Below, piece after piece: positions 17,645 through 26,678 of a DNA stretch of 27,687 bases (position 1 is its first letter; the number at the start of each line of letters is the position of its first letter). The notes below the pieces were generated by a model. It was not told where the DNA came from, did no database searches, and worked only from the letters and a program-made list of their open reading frames with translations. The position numbers and the translations under genes are program-made. Source of the stretch: Coleofasciculus sp. B1-GNL1-01 (lineage in GTDB: Bacteria; Cyanobacteriota; Cyanobacteriia; Cyanobacteriales; Coleofasciculaceae); the NCBI GenBank assembly GCA_040220235.1, contig JAVJTO010000113.1. One strand, 5' to 3'.

Positions 17645-18655
17645 ATGGGCAAAAAGCGCGTTCTCTCTGGAGTTCAACCAACTGGAAATCTTCACCTGGG
17701 TAACTATCTCGGAGCAATCCGTAATTGGGTAGAAGCCCAGAGTCAGTATGAAAATTTCTTTTGTGTCGTCGATTTACACGCGATTACGGTTCCCCATAAT
17801 CCAGCAACTCTAGCCGAAGATACCTACACGATCGCGGCGCTATATCTAGCCTGTGGCGTGGATTTGAACGATTCCACCATCTTTGTTCAATCTCACATCC
17901 CCGCTCACTGTGAACTTACCTGGCTGTTTAACTGCGTCACGCCGATCAATTGGCTGGAACGGATGATTCAGTTTAAAGAAAAGGCGGTGAAGCAGGGAGA
18001 AAATGTTAGTACAGGTTTACTGGATTACCCCGTGCTAATGGCAGCCGATATTTTGCTGTATGATGCGGACTTAGTACCCGTAGGAGAAGACCAAAAGCAA
18101 CATATCGAACTCACTCGTGATATAGTGATTCGGATTAATGACCAGTATGGCAGCAAGAAAAAGCCCGTATTGAAACTGCCCGAACCCTTGATCCGCAAAG
18201 AAGGAGCGCGGGTGATGAGTCTCACCGATGGCACGAAGAAAATGTCCAAATCTGACCCCTCGGAAATGAGTCGGATTAATCTGCTGGATTCTCCAGAGGA
18301 GATACAAAAGAAAATTAAGCGCTGTAAAACTGATCCGATTAAGGGGCTAGAATTTGATAATCCTGAACGTCCAGAGTGTCATAACTTGCTCTCGCTTTAT
18401 ACCCTGCTGTCGGGGAAAACCCAGGAAGCCGTCGCCGCCGAATGTCAGGATATGGGGTGGGGACAGTTCAAAACGGTGTTGAGTGAAGCCACGATTGAAG
18501 CCCTCAAACCAATTCAGCAGAACTATCAAGCGGTTATGGACGATAAAGGCTATCTAGAGTCAGTCTTACGTCAAGGGCGCGAGAAAGCAGAAGCGATCGC
18601 TCTCTCTACCCTATCCAGAGTCAAGGCAGCTATGGGGTATTCTACACCTCTGTAG
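17645..18655 (+). CDS. trpS: Tryptophan--tRNA ligase
   Basis: 'SGVQPTGNLHLGNYLGA' (HIGH-like), 'VDLHAIT', 'YPVLMAADIL', 'VPVGEDQKQH', 'KMSKS'. Confidence 0.98.
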   Translation: MGKKRVLSGVQPTGNLHLGNYLGAIRNWVEAQSQYENFFCVVDLHAITVPHNPATLAEDTYTIAALYLACGVDLNDSTIFVQSHIPAHCELTWLFNCVTPINWLERMIQFKEKAVKQGENVSTGLLDYPVLMAADILLYDADLVPVGEDQKQHIELTRDIVIRINDQYGSKKKPVLKLPEPLIRKEGARVMSLTDGTKKMSKSDPSEMSRINLLDSPEEIQKKIKRCKTDPIKGLEFDNPERPECHNLLSLYTLLSGKTQEAVAAECQDMGWGQFKTVLSEATIEALKPIQQNYQAVMDDKGYLESVLRQGREKAEAIALSTLSRVKAAMGYSTPL

Positions 18656-18800
18656 AGACGTGCCATGGTGCGTCTGGGAGATGGGGGAGCAGGGGGAGCA
18701 GGGGGAGCAGGGGAAGAAATGACAAATGACAAATGACAAATGACAAATGACAAATGACGAATGACAAATGACGAATGACAAATGACGAATAACAAATGAC
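18652..18800. repeat. Repeat cluster: REP-like palindrome, (GGGGGAGCA)x3 and heptamer STRR (AAATGAC)x12
   Basis: GTAGAGACGTGCCATGGTGCGTCT at 18652-18675 contains the trpS stop codon. 9-mers at 18683-18709. Twelve (A/G)AATGAC-like units at 18717-18800. Confidence 0.92.
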
Positions 18801-19701
18801 AAACCTTACTCAACCCTCATTCCGAGACGCCGTTAAATCAGGGGAATTCTTAATTACGGCAGAGGTTAGCCCCCCCAAGGGAGGTGACGCCAGTCAGATG
18901 ATTAATCTGGCAAAACCATTGAAGAATCGTGTCCATGCCGTTAATCTTACCGATGGATCTAGGGCAGTGTTGCGGATGTCTTCTTTAGCCGCCGCCGCTA
19001 TTTTAGTCCAACATGGGATAGAACCGATCTGTCAGATCGCTTGCCGCGATCGCAATCGATTGGGGTTACAGGCGGATCTGATGGGGGCGCAGGCTTTGGG
19101 TATTCGTAACATTCTTGCCCTCACGGGTGATCCGGTAAAAGTCGGTGATCATCCTGATGCCAAGCCCGTTTTTGATCTAGAATCAGTACGTTTGCTCCAG
19201 CTAATCAGTAAACTCAATAACGGTTTCGATGCTAATGACAAGCCATTGTCGGATGGCAATACAGAGTTATTTGCTGGAGCCGCCGTTGACCCTCAGTTAA
19301 AAAGTTGGTCTGGATTACAACGTCGGTTTGAGCGTAAACTAGAAGCGGGTGCCCAGTTTTTCCAGAGTCAACTGATTGCTGATTTCCAGCGGCTGGAAAA
19401 GTTTATGGATAAGATTGCGGCTGACACCGATAAGCCGATTTTAGCGGGGATATTTTTGATTAAATCGGCGAAAAATGCTCGATTTCTGAATAAATACGTT
19501 CCCGGTGTTAATATTCCCCAATCTATTATTGATCGACTGGCAGAAGCCGCCGATCCACTGCAAGAAGGGATGAAAATTGCCGCTGAACAAATCCAACTCG
19601 CGAAACAATTGTGTCAGGGTGTGCATATTATGGTGATTAAGCGAGAAGATTTGATTCCCCAGATTCTGGATTTAGCGGAAATCCCACCTCTGAATCGGTA
19701 A
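18796..19701 (+). CDS. metF: Methylenetetrahydrofolate reductase
   Basis: 'ITAEVSPPKG', 'VNLTDGSRA', 'CRDRNRLGLQADL', 'ILALTGDP', 'KLEAGAQFFQSQ', 'GVHIM'. Confidence 0.93.
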   Translation: MTNLTQPSFRDAVKSGEFLITAEVSPPKGGDASQMINLAKPLKNRVHAVNLTDGSRAVLRMSSLAAAAILVQHGIEPICQIACRDRNRLGLQADLMGAQALGIRNILALTGDPVKVGDHPDAKPVFDLESVRLLQLISKLNNGFDANDKPLSDGNTELFAGAAVDPQLKSWSGLQRRFERKLEAGAQFFQSQLIADFQRLEKFMDKIAADTDKPILAGIFLIKSAKNARFLNKYVPGVNIPQSIIDRLAEAADPLQEGMKIAAEQIQLAKQLCQGVHIMVIKREDLIPQILDLAEIPPLNR

Positions 19702-19748
19702 AATGAATTTCATAGACCGAAATATTTTCGGTTGCGATCGCAATGTTC

Positions 19749-19770
19749 CAGATGTGCCATGGCACGTCTG
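19749..19770. repeat. REP-like palindrome
   Basis: CAGATGTGCCATGGCACGTCTG, same core as 18652 and 25933. Confidence 0.65.
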
Positions 19771-20028
19771 GGAGTAGGGAAAGAGACAGTAATCGTGGTT
19801 AAGAGTAGGTCTTTCAGCATTCGTCAGGAGATATTGGCTGATAGAGTGGGCAATGGCTCACCTTCCCGGCAATGTCCTGATTGACCGACTGGGAATGAGG
19901 ATAAATCAGGTGTAGCTAAAACGTCAAAAATCATCTTTTGCACAGCAAGGATGTTGACGTTTAATTTTTGGGTTTATATTCAAGCTCTGAACTAAAGTTA
20001 GGGGCTTGATTTGAGGACAAAGGAACGG

Positions 20029-21651
20029 ATGAATAAGACGGTAGATACCGAAATTTGTAACGTTACAGTGTATGATAACCAGGCGCTAGTCACGCGCCGA
20101 GGGGTTGTGCAGCTAACGGGTGAGGAACGGGAACTGGTGATTGCGAATTTGCCCGTAACCCTGCTGAGTGAGTCCGTTCAGGTGTCGAGTACGGGTCATG
20201 CAGGGGGGCGGTTATTGGAGGTGCGGACAGAACAAACCAGCACTCGTGAAGCGACTCACCCCAAAGTTAGCCAACTGTCTGAAGAAATTGGTCAGTTAGA
20301 AGATCAAAGACGTCAGGGACAAGATATGCTGACGTTGCTGAATTTACAGCGGAATTTTATCAAGAATTTAGGCAATCAGTATCTGGAACGCTTGACAAAA
20401 TCCCACAATCCTGAACCGTTTAACTTGACTCAAATCGGGGAATTGCTGGATTTTGTCGGAGAACGGTGGCAGGATCTATCGGGTGCGATCGCGCAACAGG
20501 ATCAGGATCAGAAACAGGTCAACTCTCAGTTACAAGCGGTGCGAGGGCAGTTTCAGCAGCTCTCGACGCCCCAGATTCATGACAGCTTTAGTATCATTAT
20601 CACCCTAGAACCAGCAGGGGCGGGTGAATTGGCGCTAGAAGTTTCTTATAGAGTTAAGGGAGCAAGTTGGCAACCCGTCTATGATGTCCATTGGCAAGAT
20701 AGCCAGCAAACCGCCCGACTCAGTTACCTGGCTCAAATTACCCAAAACACAGGCGAGGATTGGTTGGGGGTCGCGCTTACCCTTTCCACCGCTCAACCGG
20801 GGGTAGGGCGACAAATTCCGCCGATTACACCCTGGTATATTGATCTGCAACAGCCTAGCGCTTTAGCAAATCGAACAACAACCAACCCGAAGGAGCATAA
20901 CGCACCCCGCCCCCCAATGGTGAATATGCCCTTTGCAGGAATAGCGCCAGAACCTGAATCGACGATAGATGATGAGTTAGAGCGGTTGAGAACCCAAAAG
21001 GAATTAGGGGAACAGCCGGGACAAAAGGGTATTGTTACGTTTACCCTGGACAGTAAAGCAACGATTCCCAGTGATGGAGTGAGCCATAAGGTTGCCATTT
21101 TCCACAGGGATGATTATCCCTGTAGGGCGGAGTATGTGGCGATGTCGCGCCAACTTAATTCTGCTTACCTGAGAGCAACAGTGACGAATCCCTTGAATGG
21201 CGTTACTTTATTACCGGGACAGATAACCATCTTTCGCGATAATACGTTTATTGGCACCAGCGAAATCCCGAATGTTGCCCCAGGTCAAGAGTTTCAAATC
21301 GATTTAGGTGTGGACGATGGGTTGAAAATTGAGCGGTATCTGGTGGAACGACAAATAGATAAAAAGTTGATTGGGAGTCAGCAGCGGGAAGCGGTGACGT
21401 ATGGGTATCGGTTAACGGTGGCGAATTTACGGGAACAAGAGGCACAGGTTAAGGTGATGGAACAACTTCCATTAAGTTGTCATTCTCAACTCAAAGTTCG
21501 GCTCACTGATACTAATCCTCATCTGGAAATCGGTGAGTTGGGCGTGTTGGAATGGTTCCTGACTTTACCTTCTCTGTCTTGTCAGGAGTTGTCCTATCAG
21601 TTTACGGTGGAGTATTTGCCGGAATTTAGCGTGATTGGATTAGATATTTAG
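20029..21651 (+). CDS. DUF4140/DUF4139 domain protein (MuiA-like)
   Basis: 'VTVYDNQALVTRRG', coiled coil, 'ASWQPVYD', 'QNTGEDW...LTLSTAQP', 'TIPSDG', 'LLPG', 'LGVD'. The ATG at 20029 is preferred over the TTG at 20011. Confidence 0.88.
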   Translation: MNKTVDTEICNVTVYDNQALVTRRGVVQLTGEERELVIANLPVTLLSESVQVSSTGHAGGRLLEVRTEQTSTREATHPKVSQLSEEIGQLEDQRRQGQDMLTLLNLQRNFIKNLGNQYLERLTKSHNPEPFNLTQIGELLDFVGERWQDLSGAIAQQDQDQKQVNSQLQAVRGQFQQLSTPQIHDSFSIIITLEPAGAGELALEVSYRVKGASWQPVYDVHWQDSQQTARLSYLAQITQNTGEDWLGVALTLSTAQPGVGRQIPPITPWYIDLQQPSALANRTTTNPKEHNAPRPPMVNMPFAGIAPEPESTIDDELERLRTQKELGEQPGQKGIVTFTLDSKATIPSDGVSHKVAIFHRDDYPCRAEYVAMSRQLNSAYLRATVTNPLNGVTLLPGQITIFRDNTFIGTSEIPNVAPGQEFQIDLGVDDGLKIERYLVERQIDKKLIGSQQREAVTYGYRLTVANLREQEAQVKVMEQLPLSCHSQLKVRLTDTNPHLEIGELGVLEWFLTLPSLSCQELSYQFTVEYLPEFSVIGLDI

Positions 21652-21766
21652 CCGCTAGTGGTTTAAACCACTGGCTAAAAGCTCAAGTCGTCTTTAGACA
21701 ACTGGATAAGACTTCTAGTCCATTTTAATGGACTTAAGCTATTAGCCCGGAGTTTGAACTCCGGGC
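21649..21766. repeat. Multi-hairpin dispersed repeat downstream of the DUF4139 gene
   Basis: TAGTGGTTTAAACCACTGG, AGTCCATTTTAATGGACT and GCCCGGAGTTTGAACTCCGGGC palindromes. The last is followed by TTTT and may act as a terminator. Confidence 0.65.
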
Positions 21767-22636
21767 TTTTGCTTTTCACCAGGTTGGGTGATTGATTTTA
21801 TTGTTTTAGTATGGTAGAGCCAAATTTTAGTGTTTTAATTCAGGAATTCAGGAAACTTCAGGTCGAGTATTGATCAACTTGAATTTTATGGGCTGAATTT
21901 TCAAAATCCTTGCTGTGAATGGATTTACGCCCTTTTCAAGCTAGCGACAGAAGTGCTAAAGACGGCAACAGCAACAAAAACAAGGCAGCGAATTTTAGCT
22001 TAATTCGGCAGATTAGAGCATTTATTAGCATCTAAGGTTAAATCATCTGGCTATGCCAGATTTTTTTGTGAGTGTGACGTTATTCGGCTATTCAGCAAGC
22101 CCGAATGACTGTAATTAAGGAAAAGTCAGGAGAGAATTTAAGAGAATCAAGCAAAAGTCAGGAAAAGTCAGGAAAATACAAAAGTGGACACATTATCTGG
22201 AAATCAATGTTAATGTAAACAAAGACTACGAAAAATATTGGATTATTACTTCCAAGCCGTAGTTGAAGTGTCACGGAGGCATCCTAAAGCGTTCTCACAT
22301 AAGGTCTAAAGGTATCTTCAACCGCCAATACGATCTATCTGAGAGAGCTTGAGCAAGCCATTCAATTTTGTCGTTATTCATACAACTGATTTTTGAGTGC
22401 AGACTGAAGGTTTGTACGTGAAATCGTGATGCAAGTTTGCTCTAAACAATTCTAGAGGCGATTAGCCTCAAAGGTTTGCCCTGCCTGAATTTTGTTCACT
22501 CTATGCTGTTGACATCTTTAGCCATTTTCAATGGAGGCGTCAGAGACAGTAGATGGCAATTAAGAGGAAAATTTGAGTCTGTATGAGGCTTACCTAAAAC
22601 ACAACACTGACAACACAACATCAGGAGTAATAAATC

Positions 22637-24931
22637 ATGGTATTTAATGCAGAAATCAATCTATCCGAACTCAATGGCAGTAATGGCTTCGTCATTAATG
22701 GTATCGATAGTAGTGACAATTCCGGCTCTTCTGTAAGTGGTGTCGGGGATATCAATGGCGATGGCATTGACGATATTATTATCGGCGCTCCCAATGCTCA
22801 GGAACCCAATGGTGAAATTTTTGCTGGAGAAAGCTATGTAGTTTTTGGCAGTGGCAGTGGTTTTGATGCCAGCCTAGATCTTTCCACTCTCGATGGCAGC
22901 AATGGCTTTGTCCTCCAAAAAAGTGACAGGATAGATAGCAGGGAGCAATTAGGCACTTCTGTGAGCAATGCTGGAGATATTAATGGTGATGGCATTGACG
23001 ACCTGATTATCGGCGCTTTCTTTGCTGACCCCAATAACAATACAGGTGCTGGAGAAAGCTATGTAGTGTTTGGCTCAAGTGACTTTGAGGCAACCCTAGA
23101 CCTATCTAATCTCACCAGTGACAACGGCTTTGTCTTTCAGGGAGAAGATAGGATTGACAACTTAGGCACTTCTGTGAGCAGTGCTGGGGATATCAATGGC
23201 GATGGCATCGACGACATCATTATCGGCGCTCCTGGTGCTGGAGAAAGCTATGTGGTATTTGGTTCAAGTGACTTTGAGGCAACCCTAAACCCGTCTAATC
23301 TCAATGGTAGCAATGGCTTTGTCATTCAGGGAGAAGATTCGGGTGACGACTCAGGCTTTTCTGTGAGCGGTGCTGGGGATGTTAATGGCGATGGTATTGA
23401 CGACCTGATTATCGGCGCTCCCTTGGCTAACCCCAACAATACCTTTGATGTTGGAGAAAGCTATGTGGTCTTTGGCAAGGATGTGGATAATCAGGGGGAT
23501 TTTGAGGCAACCTTTGACCTATCAACTCTCAATGGCAGCAATGGCTTTACCCTGCAAGGAATTGATCAATTTGACGAATCCGGCTTTTCTGTCAGCAGTG
23601 CCGGGGATGTTAATGGCGATGGCATTGACGACCTGATTATCGGCGCTCACTTTGCTGACCCCAATAATGATTCCACTGCTGGAGAAAGCTACGTGGTCTT
23701 TGGCAAGGATGTCGCTAATCAGGGGGACTTTGAGGCAACCTTTGACCTATCAACTCTCAATGGCAGCAATGGCTTTGCCCTGCAAGGAATTGATAGAGGT
23801 GGCCAATCAGGCTTTTCTGTGAGCCGTGCTGGGGATATTAACGGCGATGGCATCGATGACCTGATTATCGGCGCTCCCAATGCTGACCCCAATAATGGTT
23901 CCAATAACGTCCCGGCTGGAGAAAGCTACGTGGTCTTTGGCAAGGATGTCGCTAATCAGGGGAACTTTGAGGCAACCTTTGACTTGTCTAATCTCAATGG
24001 TAACAACGGTTTTGTCTTCCAGGGAGAAGATTCGGGTGGCGACTCAGGCTTTTCTGTGAGCGGTGCTGGAGATGTCAATGGTGATGGCATCGACGACATC
24101 ATTATCGGCGCTCCTGGTGCTAATAATACCTATCGTGCTGGAGAAAGCTATGTGGTGTTTGGCAGGACGGCACAGCAATCTCAACCGACCTTAACCGTTG
24201 ATGATATCTCTATTCTTGAAGGAGATAGCGGCACTAAAACTGCTCAATTTACCCTCAACCTTTCTAGTGCTGCTAACCAAGATATCACCCTTGACTTTGC
24301 CACAACAGAGCAAACAGCTACAGCAGGTATAGACTTCACCTCTACCTCTGACACTCTGACTATTTCTGAGGGTGAAACCAGCGCCACGATTAACGTAGAA
24401 ATCATTGGGGATACGGTATTTGAGCCAGATGAAACCTTTGCCCTAGAATTATCCAACTTATCCTCTGGTGTCACTTTTGAGGATAATGCTGAGAGTATTT
24501 CTGCTACTGCCACAATTCTCAACGACGACGCCCAACCCCCCAACGAAATTACTGGCACACCAGGACGAGATCAACTCACGGGTGCATCAGAAAACGACAA
24601 AATAATCGGTGGCTTTGGTGGTGATAGCCTCACAGGTGGTGGCGGTGATGACCAATTTGTTTACCAAAGTATCCGCGATGTGGGTGATATTATTACTGAC
24701 TTTGAAATCGGTAGCGATCAAATCATTCTCACGGATGTTCTCAACAGCTTCGGTTACGAAGGTAATGATGCTATTGATGACGGTTTTGTCGAAATCGAGT
24801 CAATAAGTTCTGGCAGTATTGTCAAACTTGATGCCGATGGTGCTGATGGTCAAGGCATTTTCCGTCCCTTTATCCTCGTGGAAAATGTAGCGGCGGCTGA
24901 CTTAAGTGCGGCGAGTAATTTCGTTTTCTAA
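22637..24931 (+). CDS. FG-GAP (integrin-alpha-like beta-propeller) repeat protein with Calx-beta domain and RTX/type I secretion C-terminus
   Basis: Seven 'GD(I/V)NGDGIDD(I/L)IIGA...GESYVVFG' repeats. Calx-beta 'EGDSGT...TATAGIDF...GDTVFEPDETF'. RTX nonamers 'GGFGGDSLTGGGGDDQFVY' and 'DIITDF'. RBS AGGAG; no signal peptide. Confidence 0.92.
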   Translation: MVFNAEINLSELNGSNGFVINGIDSSDNSGSSVSGVGDINGDGIDDIIIGAPNAQEPNGEIFAGESYVVFGSGSGFDASLDLSTLDGSNGFVLQKSDRIDSREQLGTSVSNAGDINGDGIDDLIIGAFFADPNNNTGAGESYVVFGSSDFEATLDLSNLTSDNGFVFQGEDRIDNLGTSVSSAGDINGDGIDDIIIGAPGAGESYVVFGSSDFEATLNPSNLNGSNGFVIQGEDSGDDSGFSVSGAGDVNGDGIDDLIIGAPLANPNNTFDVGESYVVFGKDVDNQGDFEATFDLSTLNGSNGFTLQGIDQFDESGFSVSSAGDVNGDGIDDLIIGAHFADPNNDSTAGESYVVFGKDVANQGDFEATFDLSTLNGSNGFALQGIDRGGQSGFSVSRAGDINGDGIDDLIIGAPNADPNNGSNNVPAGESYVVFGKDVANQGNFEATFDLSNLNGNNGFVFQGEDSGGDSGFSVSGAGDVNGDGIDDIIIGAPGANNTYRAGESYVVFGRTAQQSQPTLTVDDISILEGDSGTKTAQFTLNLSSAANQDITLDFATTEQTATAGIDFTSTSDTLTISEGETSATINVEIIGDTVFEPDETFALELSNLSSGVTFEDNAESISATATILNDDAQPPNEITGTPGRDQLTGASENDKIIGGFGGDSLTGGGGDDQFVYQSIRDVGDIITDFEIGSDQIILTDVLNSFGYEGNDAIDDGFVEIESISSGSIVKLDADGADGQGIFRPFILVENVAAADLSAASNFVF

Positions 24932-24950
24932 GGTAAGCCTTTTCTTTCAC

Positions 24951-24978
24951 TATTGCCTATTGTCTATTGCCCATTGCC
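24951..24978. repeat. Heptamer STRR (TATTGCC)x4
   Basis: TATTGCC TATTGTC TATTGCC CATTGCC. Confidence 0.8.
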
Positions 24979-25107
24979 CAGCGCGTAGCGCTATACATTT
25001 TACACCATTCAAGGGCAATCAAAAGGTTTGGTGGGTTACGGCTGCCGCCTAATCCACCCGACACACAACTTTCTCATGTCGTTTTGAATAGTCAACAATC
25101 AACAATC

Positions 25108-25914
25108 ATGTCTATTTCTACTCTCTTAAAACATTCAACCGCAGGCGTTATTAGTCTTTTGGGTTTAGGCAGTTTAGCTATTGCCACTCCCGCTAATGCT
25201 GCTGTGATTAATGGTAGCTTCGAGAATGATTTCAACAACTGGAACACGATTGGTGATGTCAGTACCCAAACGAGTTCTTTTGGCAGTTCTCCCACTCAAG
25301 GTACCTCTCAAGCGTTAATCACGAATGCTTCATCTCAAAACCCAGATGATTTTCCTGAGGCGGCTGGTACTTTTAATTTCTCTGGGAATGACACGGCAAC
25401 TGTGGGAGTTCCGGGGGGTTTAGATGATTTCCTGGACATTCCAGTTAGCAGTCTTCCGGGTTCTGGCAGCTTTTTGGATTTCCCTCAAGAAGGTGCTGCA
25501 CTTCAACAAACCTTCACGGTTCAAGCGGGTGATGTGTTGAGCTTTGATTGGAATTTTTTAACCAATGATACGGCTAATCGCGACTATGCTTTTGTGGCAT
25601 TAGATGGAGTATCTCAACTCGCTGATACCACTGCAAGTCTAAGTGATTCTAATACAGCCTTTGCCAGTGAAACGGGTTCACAAAGCTTTTCGTTTGAATT
25701 TAGTTCAGGGGGTGAGTTTACCCTGGCGTTGGGGGTTGTGGATGTTGGAGATATTACCCAATCTTCTGCTTTGTTAGTTGACAATGTGCAAGTGACGAGT
25801 CAGCCAACTCCTGTCCCCGAACCTCTTACGATTCTGGGTTCAGCAACGGCTTTAGGATTTGGTGCTTTATTCAAGCAAAAGCATTCTCAGCGGCACAAGA
25901 AAACGAAAGGCTAA
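25108..25914 (+). CDS. PEP-CTERM sorting-domain exported protein
   Basis: Signal peptide ending 'ATPANA', then 'INGSFE', 'LSFDWNFLTND' and C-terminal 'VPEPLTILGSATALGFGALFKQKH'. The ATG at 25108 is preferred. Confidence 0.9.
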   Translation: MSISTLLKHSTAGVISLLGLGSLAIATPANAAVINGSFENDFNNWNTIGDVSTQTSSFGSSPTQGTSQALITNASSQNPDDFPEAAGTFNFSGNDTATVGVPGGLDDFLDIPVSSLPGSGSFLDFPQEGAALQQTFTVQAGDVLSFDWNFLTNDTANRDYAFVALDGVSQLADTTASLSDSNTAFASETGSQSFSFEFSSGGEFTLALGVVDVGDITQSSALLVDNVQVTSQPTPVPEPLTILGSATALGFGALFKQKHSQRHKKTKG

Positions 25915-25932
25915 GTTAGGACGCATCATTTG

Positions 25933-25960
25933 GTAGAGACGCGCCATGGCGCGTCTCTAC
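25933..25960. repeat. GTAG-type REP-like perfect palindrome
   Basis: GTAGAGACGCGCCATGGCGCGTCTCTAC, itself flanked by the inverted pair TTAGGAC / GTCCTAA. Confidence 0.85.
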
Positions 25961-26235
25961 AATAGTTCGTTTGTCCTAATCGATGTGTCTACTGCTATAA
26001 TTCAATATAATTTTGGGCAATTTTGACCGACTTGATTGACATTTTTTGATAGTTGAGGAAGTGCGATCGGCAGGATTTGTTTTTACAATTCGTCAATTAA
26101 CACCGACAACTTATCGCAGCGAGTTGTATGGCGATAGTAATGGAAATTCAGAAGGGATTGGTGAGGTATTCAACTGGGTGAAATGTCCAGCTCGGTAGTC
26201 AAGTAAGCGATCGCGCCAATCATAGCACCATGTAA

Positions 26236-26373
26236 GTGATAGAAAAAGGATGAGGTGGCTACACCGCCTGCGCGATCGCGAAATTCTTGTAACTCCCGAT
26301 CGGCGACTTCTGTTCCCATGCGATCGCAGATATTCAGTCGGGCTAATGAACCCACCCGATAAATCCCATCCGG
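26236..26373 (-). pseudogene. hoxH: Internal fragment of bidirectional [NiFe]-hydrogenase large subunit
   Basis: '[46 protein letters not shown]' matches, from memory, the conserved HoxH segment (GxYRVGPLARLN...SSFxYH). The flanks do not continue as HoxH. Confidence 0.75.
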
Positions 26374-26451
26374 TGAGTATTTGCTGGAATTTAGGGTGAT
26401 AGGATTGGATAGGGAATCGAGTATGCACGCGCTCATCTGGGGAGGAGTTCA

Positions 26452-26601
26452 ATGCCTAGTTTGACGATTAAAGACCTGGAAAAATTGCAGGTGCAACATC
26501 CACACTATCGAATGGAGTTGATCGGTGGGGAGATTATTGTTATGAGTCCGTCAGGGTATGAATCCGATGAAGTTGCGGCGGAGATTATCGCCTCCTGTTG
26601 A
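26452..26601 (+). pseudogene. Uma2/DUF820 family endonuclease, N-terminal fragment
   Basis: Not in the ORF track. GGAGGAG RBS, then MPSLTIKDLEKLQVQHPHYRMELIGGEIIVMSPSGYESDEVAAEIIASC*. 'ELIGGEIIVMSP' is the Uma2 N-terminal motif. Confidence 0.8.
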
Positions 26602-26678
26602 TTGCCCACAAATGTAACCCCATATTAATGGAGGTTTCAGGCATTTTTAGTGAGGTTTTTGAACCGGATTTGATCTTT

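Noticed and set aside
17201..17717. ORFs 17201-17404 and 17343-17717, or a T-box leader before trpS
   Set aside because: No protein motifs and no T-box consensus were seen; this is most likely the divergent promoter region of psb28/trpS.
18571..18813. Minus-strand ORFs rich in 'SFVICHL'
   Set aside because: Translation artefacts of the heptamer STRR.
22255..22360. Possible c-di-GMP riboswitch in the FG-GAP gene leader
   Set aside because: A GGTCTAAAG-containing hairpin is possible, but the conserved GGCAAAC/GAAA/GCAAAG elements are missing. It would need an Rfam scan.
22637..24170. Diversity-generating retroelement (TR/VR pair) in the FG-GAP repeats
   Set aside because: There is no reverse transcriptase in the window, differences are not adenine-specific, and all copies are in-frame coding repeats.
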